Positions 21,043-30,420 of a stretch of DNA of 64,000 nt are shown piece after piece; position 1 is the stretch's first letter; each line of letters starts with the position of its first letter. Made by a program: the position numbers and the translations under genes. The notes beneath the pieces are model-generated. The model saw only the letters and a program-made list of their open reading frames with translations, was not told where the DNA came from and searched no databases. The DNA comes from Candidatus Poribacteria bacterium (GTDB lineage Bacteria > Poribacteria > WGA-4E > PCPOR2b), in contig OZ244587.1 of assembly GCA_965218095.1 (NCBI GenBank), forward strand, positions 4,736,001 to 4,800,000. The letters run 5' to 3'.

Positions 21043-21993
21043 ATGATGAAACGGATTCTACTCTGCACGGCCGGAGTGTTACGCTACTGCATAGGTATTT
21101 TTTTGGTCACAGCCATTTTTCTAGCTTCTCCAGCATCAGAATTGATGGCGCAGACACGCCACAAGACTTCGGGAGTTCCCACGCTCAAGGAGACAAAGAC
21201 ATTTCTCATCTATGCTAAGAAGGGAAATTTCAAGGCCTTCGATCTCGCGAGCGGAAAGCTTCTCGAAAACACGGAAGCTAAGGATTTCTTCAACGGCGAA
21301 TTGCTATTTATAATCACCGGCCCCAACAGCGCAATTCTTTCGGCTAATACTGGTATAGCGGATGTTGCGTTAGTCAGAGATAAACAGTCGCTTACGTTTA
21401 TTGAAACCACACCCACGGGAAACAAGCACATTATGATTATTGAAGATGAGTGGGATGTGAAGGAAGGTGGGTTCAAATTTACCTATACACGTAACATTGG
21501 AGGCAACGAAGAACTGTCGCGAACTCTCAGATCTCTCTATAGCGGAATTGCTAAACCGGCAGGACAGTATAAGAGTTCACGGATATTACGTGAAGCAAGC
21601 CCATCTCTTCAGAGGACAAAGATATTTCTCATCTATGCTAAGAAAGGAAACTACAAGTCCTTCGATCTTGCGAGCGGAAAGCTTCTCGAAAACACGGAAG
21701 CTAAGGATTTCTTCAACGGCGAATTGCAGTATACAATCACTGGTCCCAACAGCGCAATTTTTTCTGGAAACGCTGGTTCGGAGGATGTGGAACTAGTCAA
21801 AGATGAAAGGTCGCTTACGTTTATTGAAACCACGCTCTCCGGAAGCAAGCACATTATGATTATTGAAGATAAGTGGGATGCAAAAGAAAAGGGGTTCAAG
21901 TTTACCTATATCCGGAACATTGAGGACCGGATCCTTTTGGGTAAACTTCTCCGATCAATTTACAGCGGCATTGCCAAACCAGCAGGACGGTAA
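21043..21993 (+). CDS. Secreted hypothetical protein with two tandem domains (141-aa period)
   Basis: AAGGAG RBS; signal-like N-terminus; TKxFLIYAKKGN...SIYSGIAKPAG repeated with a 423-nt period. Confidence 0.8.
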   Translation: MMKRILLCTAGVLRYCIGIFLVTAIFLASPASELMAQTRHKTSGVPTLKETKTFLIYAKKGNFKAFDLASGKLLENTEAKDFFNGELLFIITGPNSAILSANTGIADVALVRDKQSLTFIETTPTGNKHIMIIEDEWDVKEGGFKFTYTRNIGGNEELSRTLRSLYSGIAKPAGQYKSSRILREASPSLQRTKIFLIYAKKGNYKSFDLASGKLLENTEAKDFFNGELQYTITGPNSAIFSGNAGSEDVELVKDERSLTFIETTLSGSKHIMIIEDKWDAKEKGFKFTYIRNIEDRILLGKLLRSIYSGIAKPAGR

Positions 21994-22151
21994 AACGCCT
22001 TATCAGGACAAAACGGGGCAGTCTCCTACTGCTCTTCAATAACCCGTGCAATCGCTGCGAACACCTTCTCCAACATTCGCGTCAACTTCGCTGCCCCAAC
22101 TTCATTAGGAATGGCGATTAAACAACTCCGTCATTTTTGAGCAATTTGGGA

Positions 22152-22271
22152 GAGCCCCGAGATGAATCTCAGGGCTACAAGTCGGCGTCTGATGAATCGG
22201 ACTTGAGACTTGCCCCAACTCGATTAATCGAGATACCACCTTGTTGTAGCTCGGCGAGTTTATCACCAAGC
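22152..22271. repeat. Divergent pair of GTAG-type REP palindromes
   Basis: Reverse complement GTAGCCCTGAGATTCATCTCGGGGCTC (22152-22178) and GTAGCTCGGCGAGTTTATCACCAAGC (22246-22271). Confidence 0.5.
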
Positions 22272-23021
22272 AGTGACATATTCGACATATTTCGTCTCGT
22301 TGGGTTCATCGGGAATGATGCCATCTTGCGCTGCAGAGACGATGACAAAGTGTGCAGGCTGGATTCCGCCCGTTCCTCCCCAATAGACACTGACCTCGCC
22401 GTTTTTCGACCGAACAATCAGGTCAGCATAACCATCCCCGTCGAGCTCATTCGCCGCCAACTGATCACCTTCAATTTCGAGATCAACAAATCGCTTCGGC
22501 TCAAAGCCCAACTCAGATTGGTAAAAGATTCGCACCCGTCCCTGGCAGAGGAAAGCCAGATCCGGTCGTCCATCTCCGTTGAAATCACCCACGGCAACCG
22601 AATTGCAGCGCGACGCAGGCAATTGCTGCATCTGACGTTCGCTAAAGCCATCAGGCGAGCCGTAATAAATGAAGGCATTCAAATCACTCCGTATGCCGTT
22701 ATGCCATATCCCTAACACCAAGTCATCGTAGCCATCGCCGGTGAGATCTGCGACCGCGCCGGACATTGCACCATCGGACAGCAGTTCGATACGGGTGACG
22801 CTGCTTAACGCCTCCGGATACACATACGCGGGCGGTTTCTCGCCGTGGTTCTGGCTATTACAGAAAATCAGGTCTAAATAACCATCTTTATTCAGATCAT
22901 ATTGGTGGATGCGCTGAAGCACTCCGGCGTGCGACACATACAGGTTTTGGCCCGCATTTCCACATGTCCCCAAACTGAAATCCTCGAATCCGTGAGTCAT
23001 CCACACGCCAGTCTGTTTCAT
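22263..23021 (-). CDS. FG-GAP/VCBS repeat protein, probably C-terminally truncated
   Basis: DLNKDGYLDL, DLTGDGYDDL, DFNGDGRPDL, ELDGDGYADL repeats; the stop codon falls inside a REP. Confidence 0.75.
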   Translation of the reverse strand: MKQTGVWMTHGFEDFSLGTCGNAGQNLYVSHAGVLQRIHQYDLNKDGYLDLIFCNSQNHGEKPPAYVYPEALSSVTRIELLSDGAMSGAVADLTGDGYDDLVLGIWHNGIRSDLNAFIYYGSPDGFSERQMQQLPASRCNSVAVGDFNGDGRPDLAFLCQGRVRIFYQSELGFEPKRFVDLEIEGDQLAANELDGDGYADLIVRSKNGEVSVYWGGTGGIQPAHFVIVSAAQDGIIPDEPNETKYVEYVTAW

Positions 23022-23065
23022 GCGTTTACTCCATGAGCGCCTGCGAATCAATTTGCAGGTAAAAA

Positions 23066-23150
23066 TCAAGTCCGTTGAAACGGACTAAAAGCCAGTCTCA
23101 GTCGTCTTTGAGACGACTTGAGCTATCAGCCTGAACTTCAGTTCAAGGCG
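23066..23150. repeat. Triple-hairpin intergenic repeat cassette
   Basis: AGTCCGTT-GA-AACGGACT, AGTCGTCT-TTG-AGACGACT and CTGAACT-TC-AGTTCAA palindromes in series. Confidence 0.5.
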
Positions 23151-23215
23151 TTTGTGACGTACCACTACACGAAAAAAATTTCCGTTAATTTGCCCAATGA
23201 TGGTTGGCTACTTAC

Positions 23216-24415
23216 CTATTCTCCGAGTTCCTGGCGAATCCTTTCTGCGAGTATCTCGGTGCTGCTGTCATCCAGGTGAAGTGGGTTTACCCGAAGTTTG
23301 TCTTCTCGGAGAGCGCCGTGGCTGACATAAATCGGCGGGTCCCCGTGGCGGAGATTCCGACAGATCTCCATCGCCGTTCGGCTGACAGTCGTCTCATTGA
23401 TGGCGATTTCCAAAAGAGGCAGGCTTTCGCCATCTCCTTTATCAAGAACCCTACATTGTATAGGGCAGCCATTCAGCTTTTCCACAATCCGTTCAAGACG
23501 CCCCCTGGCTTTACGGGCTTCCTCATCATAAGCCCCGGAAGTAAAAAGCCGTAGTGCGACAAGCAGAGCGATGATTTCTTCCTTTGACACTTTAAAACCG
23601 CGACCGATTCCGTGCCGTGGAATGCCGCCCAGTTTTGTCTTGTCAATGAACGCAGCCGGTGGATGCCAAAGTTCCGGGTGGTCATCCATATCCAGTAACT
23701 GCGCCGCAGCCGGCCCAATAAGATCTCGACGACCGCAGAGAATACCCGTTGACTGGGGACCACGAATCGCCTTGCCACCGCTGAAGGCAACCAGATCGGC
23801 CCCTGTGCCTGCAATCGATTTCAGGTTACTTCGTGGGGGGAGTTCACCTGCTGCATCCACCAACACTGGCAGTCCGTGGCGGTGTGCAACATCAACCACT
23901 TCCTCAAGCAGGGGTCTGGCAGTCGGGCTGTATACATAAAGAACTCCCGCGGTATTCTGCCCGAAAGCGGCTTCGTACTCCCATGCTTCGGTTCGCCGTA
24001 CACCTGCGTTGGCCACAATTTCGTTGAAGCCGACCTCAACGAGCTGAGCACCGGCAGCCCGGACCGCGTGGTCGTAGCCGCTTCGCTGCTCCCGGGCGAC
24101 GACGAACTCGTTGGGAAAACCTTCGCAGTAGGGTAGCTGTTCCATCTTGCCCAGGTCATAACCGGTCAAGATGGCGGCGGTTCCCAAGGTCAGGGCAGAT
24201 GCTGCACCGGCAGTGACCAGGCCAGCTTCTGTTGCATTGGCTTCCCCAATGGCTCTGGATGCCGCCGCCTGGAGTTGTTCGAGTGGAACGGACGCACGGG
24301 CTGCCTCGTTAAAAGCCTTCAGCACTTCTTCGGGCATTGGCGCTCCCCCAAGACGAGTCACTGCTCCGGAAGCGTTGATAATTGGTGTAACGCCAAATTC
24401 TTCATAAATCCCCAT
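23216..24415 (-). CDS. SelA-like PLP-dependent enzyme, second paralog
   Basis: FGVTPIINASG, VDAAGE, FSGGKAIRGPQSTG, GIGRGFKV; GGAG RBS before ATG 24415. Confidence 0.87.
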   Translation of the reverse strand: MGIYEEFGVTPIINASGAVTRLGGAPMPEEVLKAFNEAARASVPLEQLQAAASRAIGEANATEAGLVTAGAASALTLGTAAILTGYDLGKMEQLPYCEGFPNEFVVAREQRSGYDHAVRAAGAQLVEVGFNEIVANAGVRRTEAWEYEAAFGQNTAGVLYVYSPTARPLLEEVVDVAHRHGLPVLVDAAGELPPRSNLKSIAGTGADLVAFSGGKAIRGPQSTGILCGRRDLIGPAAAQLLDMDDHPELWHPPAAFIDKTKLGGIPRHGIGRGFKVSKEEIIALLVALRLFTSGAYDEEARKARGRLERIVEKLNGCPIQCRVLDKGDGESLPLLEIAINETTVSRTAMEICRNLRHGDPPIYVSHGALREDKLRVNPLHLDDSSTEILAERIRQELGE

Positions 24416-24716
24416 AACTTCTCCGATCTTATAAATCACTTTCACCTCAAAATGCCTGCGCTCAATTACTGAATTCTACTACCCTCCACTTAGCTAAGCT
24501 CCATCCTAGAGTTTAGCATATTTTTTTGGTCATGCCAACGAAAATCTTCCTCGCCTTAATCCACGCGGTTAACGCGATTAGACATACCAAATTGCCAGGA
24601 TTTTTGTTGCGTTTGAAATTGAAAATTGGTAGAATAGTTGTAATTGGCTTCTGAGATCAATCGCAAGGGTTGTCAAACGCTAATGATTGCCAAAACGACA
24701 ACAGACAAGGACTGCA

Positions 24717-25466
24717 ATGCCTACCATGACAACACCACACACACGCAAAACGCTTGCACAGGATCTGAGAAACCTGGGCGCCGAACCGGGGGATACCCTC
24801 TTTATTCACTCATCCTTCAAGAGTTTGGGCCCTGTTGAAGGCGCGGCAGGGGCGGTGGTCAGTGCTCTGGAGGGCGCTGTCGGTCCGGAAGGGCTTATCC
24901 TGATGCCCTCGTTCAACCTTGTAGAAGGGAGGGACAAGCGGGCGGAGACCTGGAAGGTTGAGACGACGCCTTCCACGGTCGGGTGGCTCACCGAATTTTT
25001 CCGCCAGATGCCTGGCACATACCGCTCCGACCACTACTCCCACTCCGTCGCTGCTCGGGGAAAGGGGGCGAAGGACTTCGTGGCTGACCATCTCAGCCGC
25101 GAGGGCGACAAATCCCCGTGGGACCGCGAACCGTGGGGCAAGACCTATGGAATCCATTCACCTATGTATAGGGCATACCAAGCCGATAGGAAAATCCTCA
25201 TGCTCGGCGTAGATTATCACAGCTCGACCTATGTTCATTTTGTGGAAGTCCTCTACTGGAGTAAGTTGCTCGATCAAAACCCGGAAGCGGCATACCCTGG
25301 CCTGGATAGACCACTGCTTGGGGCGTTCTGGGACCGGGTGGGAAACCTGAACCGGGGTCTGTTGGGCAATGCCGACTGCCGACTCTTTCGCATCCGGCAG
25401 TACATCCACAGCCTCCTGCGTGAGGTTGAGAACAACCCGAATCCATATGTGAGGCTACGTTCCTAA
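24717..25466 (+). CDS. AAC(3)/YokD family N-acetyltransferase
   Basis: GDTLFIHSSFKSLG, GLILMPSF, RSDHYSHS, KILMLGV...STYVH. Confidence 0.88.
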   Translation: MPTMTTPHTRKTLAQDLRNLGAEPGDTLFIHSSFKSLGPVEGAAGAVVSALEGAVGPEGLILMPSFNLVEGRDKRAETWKVETTPSTVGWLTEFFRQMPGTYRSDHYSHSVAARGKGAKDFVADHLSREGDKSPWDREPWGKTYGIHSPMYRAYQADRKILMLGVDYHSSTYVHFVEVLYWSKLLDQNPEAAYPGLDRPLLGAFWDRVGNLNRGLLGNADCRLFRIRQYIHSLLREVENNPNPYVRLRS

Positions 25467-25613
25467 ATCCCTTGGGCCGACAAACGTGACATGAAAGCAT
25501 ATGGTGTGGTAAACTGGCTGATGCATGGATATTTTTTCACGAATGTCAGAAAACCATAAAATTCTAGCCCGATAAGGTGACCCAATATATCCAAGATAGA
25601 ATCTTAGACTTCT

Positions 25614-26105
25614 ATAGATCGCGACACCAAGGACATCGTATGGGCCTGGGGACCAGGCGAGCTCGACGGGCAACACCAGCCGACCCTGATCCCGGACACC
25701 CACCCCATTACCGGCGAATCAATGCCCGGCGCCGGTAACATCCTCGTGTTCGACAATGGACGGTATCGCAGGGACTACTCTCGGGTTCTTGAGTTGGACC
25801 CCATGACCAATCGGATCGTCTGGAGCTCACTCACTCACTGGTACTCTTGGCATATCTCCGGCGCGGAGCGGCTCCCGAACGGGAACACGTTCATTTGCGA
25901 TGGCCCAATCGGAAGGTTGTTCGAGATAACCCCAGAAGGCGGAATCGTATGGGAGTACTTGAATCCCACCATCGATCCGAAAAAGGCGCGAAAGCAGAGC
26001 GCAGCCTTCGACGACATCGGCGGGAAGGACAGTTCGTACGCGGTCTACCGGGCCGTGCGCTATCCGAAGGTGTACGTCGACTGCATCCTCCAGGAGCAGG
26101 GCTAA
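25614..26105 (+). pseudogene. C-terminal fragment of an arylsulfotransferase (ASST)-family protein
   Basis: In-frame DIVWAWGPGELDGQHQPT...GNILVFDNG...SRVLELDP...ISGAERLPNGNTFI...GRLFEITPEGGIVWEY; upstream part broken by stops. Confidence 0.7.
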
Positions 26106-26188
26106 AGCGACTGTTCTCAAGGCTCACGCCGGGGCCGAGTTCAGCAGCAAACCCAACGAGGAGGTGGTTCAGCGCCTCTAAGACTTCG

Positions 26189-26357
26189 ATTTTACCGGTG
26201 GAAAAGGTGAAAACGGTTATTCCGGTCAAGCCGGAGACTTGCTGGCAGTGCGGATACCCCCTGGAAGGGGCCGATCCGAGGACGCAACGGCATCAGGTGA
26301 CAGAAATGCCTCCAATTGTTGTGGAGACCGTTGAGTATCAACGCCATACGCTGACGA
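26189..26357 (+). mobile_element. IS66-family transposase remnant (zinc-finger region)
   Basis: LPVEKVKTVIPVKPETCWQCGYPLEG.DP...RHQVTEMPPIVVETVEYQRH. Confidence 0.65.
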
Positions 26358-26408
26358 CCCCAAATCCAATCACCTCTCCGGCAATACACAATGACATGCC
26401 ATTCTCGT

Positions 26409-27299
26409 TCAGTCGACCGCCACGCCAATCCGCTGCGCAACGCGCTGGATGTACGCCCTGGCGCGGGTATTCTCCACATCGGTATTGTACTCAACATAGT
26501 TGGGAGCTAAAGCTGAACCCGATACGCCAACATCTCGGAGATGTTCAATCGTGAGCACGACCTCCTCGCCGAGAGCCGCCAGTCGTTTCAGGTAAGTCTC
26601 GTAGTCCAGGGCGCCCTTTCCCAGCGGCACTTCGTCGATGCGGAGCACCCAGTGAGAAGTATCTACGTAGACATCCTTTGCATGTGCAGCGATGATGACA
26701 TCACCGAGAAGATCGAACATCTGATTCAGGAAAACTGTCGTATGATAACAGGTTCGGTGAGTGCTCATATTCACTGGATCCAGTATGACCTTCACCCTTG
26801 GCGATCCTACGTCGTCCACGATTCGGCGCAGTTGCGCCGGCGTATCCAGCGGCCCGCGATTACATGGGTGAAAGCCCACATCCATCCCGAGGCGCTCTGC
26901 CGCCGCGGCGACCACCCCGGTCCCCTCGACCAGCCGTTTCCAGGTTTCCGCCGACCACAAATCCTTTTCCCCCGGTTCGGCTATCGTGCTCAACCCGACA
27001 CAGTGAGCCTTGAGGGTGCAGGCATCACTCAGGGCTTTGTTGATGGATGCAATCCCTTCGGTTCTCACGCGGTCTTCGCGGCTGGCCAGCCGCCAACCGT
27101 GTTGGTATAGTGTCACCTCACCAATGAAGATCCCATTCGCATCGAAGGTCTCCTGGATGCGCTGGAGTTCCACATCAGTCCAACTGTCCTTTCCCAAGAT
27201 GTGACCCAGACCTTTGACACCTATAGTGTTGAGACGTTCAACGGTCCTGTCCGGATGCTGTGCATCGATACCATCCCAAAGTGCAACTGCTAATCTCAT
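26409..27299 (-). CDS. Sugar phosphate isomerase/epimerase (AP endonuclease 2 TIM barrel)
   Basis: VILDPVN, HAKD, PLGKGALDY, TIEH. Confidence 0.85.
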   Translation of the reverse strand: MRLAVALWDGIDAQHPDRTVERLNTIGVKGLGHILGKDSWTDVELQRIQETFDANGIFIGEVTLYQHGWRLASREDRVRTEGIASINKALSDACTLKAHCVGLSTIAEPGEKDLWSAETWKRLVEGTGVVAAAAERLGMDVGFHPCNRGPLDTPAQLRRIVDDVGSPRVKVILDPVNMSTHRTCYHTTVFLNQMFDLLGDVIIAAHAKDVYVDTSHWVLRIDEVPLGKGALDYETYLKRLAALGEEVVLTIEHLRDVGVSGSALAPNYVEYNTDVENTRARAYIQRVAQRIGVAVD

Positions 27300-27336
27300 A
27301 ACTGATCTCCTAACATTTGATATGGTTAGATTTTAC

Positions 27337-27534
27337 ATGAAAGCAACTTTTGTGTCAATTAGAAAACAGCTTGATCCAAAGCTGACTGAGATTGCGCGTC
27401 GTCTGGGCAAAATTCGCACCGAGATATGGCAACGTTACGGCGGGCTTCAAAATATTGGGCTCAATCATCCGAGACTTCACCGGCGGATTCGTAATCGGTG
27501 GTTAGCCGACAATTATACCGATAACTGGCATTAG
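27337..27534 (+). pseudogene. N-terminal remnant of a TnpB-like (IS200/IS605 or IS607 OrfB) protein
   Basis: ARRLGKIRTEIWQRYG...RIRNRWLA resembles the N-terminus of one TnpB clade; no RuvC or Zn finger follows. Confidence 0.45.
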
Positions 27535-27987
27535 CGGGTGCGTTTCACCATCTTATTGAGACACAAAACGCCGCAAATCCCCATTCTACCGTTGCTTATT
27601 GAGTTTCAACTTATAAAAAATTCGTCTGATGAGATTTTTTATTCTTGACCGAATTGATTTATTGTTTTACAATAAAGCGGGTACCGTCAGAAATCTCGAA
27701 AAAGCGCAGTGATTTCTGCGTTTAGGTTCGCAACTCCCATAAACCGAGAGTTTTTGCACCAAACGGTGCAACTCAAAATCGCCTCCTAAACCGATCTGGG
27801 CATTGGCGTGTTCCAGCCACAATAAAGAACCCCTGATTTCTGGGGATTTTTCGGTTATGAGATGATGGTATATAAATTGCGCTTAATCCGCACATCAGGA
27901 TGCACAAGTGTTTGCATAGCATGTGAGATGATGCAAGGGGCTATCCAATCAAAATACAAACTTAAATTCAATTGTTGGAGGTAACAA

Positions 27988-29463
27988 ATGAGTGCCAAGC
28001 AAACTTCAGGAGCTTTCATGACTTCGTTGATTCTTCACGGAATCGCGGCGTTCATTGCGGGTGTATATCTCGTCACCCAGACACAGCAGTTCAAAGATCT
28101 CGTTGGGGCTGAAGTCCTTCAAGCGAAGGAACCCCCCAAACCCCAGGTGCGTAAACCGGTCATCAAGCCTGTTGTCAAGCCAACGGTTCCAACCACAAGT
28201 ACCGTCGTTGTTGAGCAAGTTCAAGTTCAGCCAAGAGTAACGACGGCGGCTGTTGTTCGTCCCACCTCTCAACCGCAGACGGTGCTTGAATTCTCGAATA
28301 AAGTTGTTAAGCTCAATGCACCCATCAATCCCAATATTCCGAAGGTAGTCAACCCCAATGTTCCGGTACCGCAGGTGGTGACGCATGCTGACCTGCCTGT
28401 TTCCGATGCGCCAGGTGCATTGGCATTTTCCGCTCCCGTTGCGACAGCTCCAAGCGCTGCGCCGGCGAACATCGGTCGTGGTATTGGCGGTATCGTGCAG
28501 GTAAAGGTTGCTTTCGAGCGTCCGGCGGGGCTTGCGATGGTCGAGCATGTCGGGGCAACCCGCGACGCCTTGAGTGATGTGGTTGAGAACATCACGCTGG
28601 GTAATGTTGAAGTGCCGCCGCTGCCGCGTGGTGAACCGGGTGGTACAGTGATTGGCAAAGGTCGTGACATTCGTGGGGTGTTCCGCTTCACCCGTGTTCG
28701 TCACAACCTCTCTGACTGGTGGGCAGATTCTTCTTCGCTGAACGCCTTTACCAAGTGGCTCAATGAACGGACGAAAATCAAAACCGACATGAATGTTGAA
28801 GGCGGTGCGCTGAAGTTTAGCGACACTAACTTGCAGAAATCGCCGTTAATCTTCATGACGGGGCATGATCCGCGACATGTGAAGAGTCAACGCCTGATGA
28901 GTAGGGGTGCAGGCTCCGGCCGCCTAGACACCCGATTTACCGAGCAAGAAGCTGCCGCAATGCGGCGGTATCTGGTCGAAAGGGGTGGCTTCCTCATCTT
29001 TGACGACTGCGGCATAGACACCTCAACCCAGGCGATGCCTCGTATTTTCCTCGCTCAGATGCGATATGTGATGCCAGAGTATCAGGTTGAGCGTATTTCC
29101 AATGACCACGAAATCTACAACAATTTCTATCAGATGGGTGGACCACCGGTTGGGTTCGACATTTACTGGTGGGGTTCTAAGCCAGGTAGGCGGAATTTCC
29201 TTGAAGGTTTTTCCGTTGGTGATAAACTTTCAGTCCTGCTCGTGCGTCGTGACTATATGTGTTCAATGGAATCGGTCAGTTTGCCGACCCGTTCTGTTAA
29301 ATACTCTCCCGGCGTCTATCGTTTCATGACCAACGTTGCGGTCTACTCGCTGACACATGGCTCGATTTCAGACTACTCCCGCTATGTGCCAGAAGATCAG
29401 TTGGCCAAGCAGAATCTGCCAACCAAGGCGCCAGAAGCTGCAAAAATCGGGGCGGTTGAGTAG
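27988..29463 (+). CDS. Membrane-anchored protein with C-terminal DUF4159 domain
   Basis: N-terminal TM and Pro/Val-rich linker; PLIFMTGH, YLVERGGFLIFDDCG, HEIYNNFY, FMTNVAVYSLTH; GGAGG RBS. Confidence 0.8.
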   Translation: MSAKQTSGAFMTSLILHGIAAFIAGVYLVTQTQQFKDLVGAEVLQAKEPPKPQVRKPVIKPVVKPTVPTTSTVVVEQVQVQPRVTTAAVVRPTSQPQTVLEFSNKVVKLNAPINPNIPKVVNPNVPVPQVVTHADLPVSDAPGALAFSAPVATAPSAAPANIGRGIGGIVQVKVAFERPAGLAMVEHVGATRDALSDVVENITLGNVEVPPLPRGEPGGTVIGKGRDIRGVFRFTRVRHNLSDWWADSSSLNAFTKWLNERTKIKTDMNVEGGALKFSDTNLQKSPLIFMTGHDPRHVKSQRLMSRGAGSGRLDTRFTEQEAAAMRRYLVERGGFLIFDDCGIDTSTQAMPRIFLAQMRYVMPEYQVERISNDHEIYNNFYQMGGPPVGFDIYWWGSKPGRRNFLEGFSVGDKLSVLLVRRDYMCSMESVSLPTRSVKYSPGVYRFMTNVAVYSLTHGSISDYSRYVPEDQLAKQNLPTKAPEAAKIGAVE

Positions 29464-29503
29464 AATCTGCTGGTTTAGACAGACTGTCACATCTATTGAG
29501 CAT

Positions 29504-29537
29504 AAAAAAAGCAGCCAACTATTTGGCTGCTTTTTTT
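29504..29537. terminator. Bidirectional intrinsic terminator
   Basis: AAAAAAAGCAGCCAA-ctat-TTGGCTGCTTTTTTT. Confidence 0.85.
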
Positions 29538-30420
29538 ATTGGCTCATTCTTTCTTCTATTACTCTCGCTGGCGTCCCGTTTGGGTGGAATAGACTGACCT
29601 TCTTGTGGGATGGGGATATAGGTGTTGGTATCGGAACCCCTGTGCCGACTTTACTGTGGACAAAGTACAGAGGTATTCTCTAGCAGTATCGTGGCGATAA
29701 TCTTCCATGGTATAACGCATGATCAATCCCTCCAATTGATAATTTCTGAACAAATGGTTGATAATTGAACTGGTATCTGCCGGTCAATTGCGAGATTGGC
29801 TCGCGTCATAGGCGCCCTTCTCTCGCACCGCAGAAAACAGGTTCCATATTGCATTTTCTCTGCTTTGGGGATTTCGCGAAGATGGAGTTTTCTTTACAAT
29901 CCGCAATGGAAAACATTAGGTTTGTCGGGCAAAATAAACTAGAAGAAAAGGAAGAGGTCCCCTTAGCGGATCTGAAAGCGGCTCTTAATAACGACTGATA
30001 CAGTAGTTCAGTTCAGGAAAACGGAATTGAAGATTCAATGGGACACTCACCGGATCGTCCTTCAAGTTGCTTACAGTTTTACTGTCCAAGAACGCGGCGC
30101 CCCGGGGGTATGGGTCGCTTACTTCAACGCTGTCACCAGCGAATATATCTCAGCCAACTATGGATTTCCCTGCTGATGAATGTATTATTTTATCCATTTT
30201 CGCATCTATATCAAGGCAAGTCCTTGGTTGCAGAATAATTAAATCTAAGGGGGTATTATCATGTTGTCTAATAAAAAGCTTTATCTGTATATTTCCGTGA
30301 TGAGTTTTGTTTATATAGTATTATCAAATTTACGCAATACGCATTACGACAACCGGTCGGCTTATTTCTTTCAGAATACGATCGCTATTGGGATGATTGA
30401 AATCCTGGGAAACCTGGTTT

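Noticed and set aside
29559-30400. Short ORFs downstream of the DUF4159 terminator
   Set aside because: Fragmentary, AT-rich, with no assignable motifs
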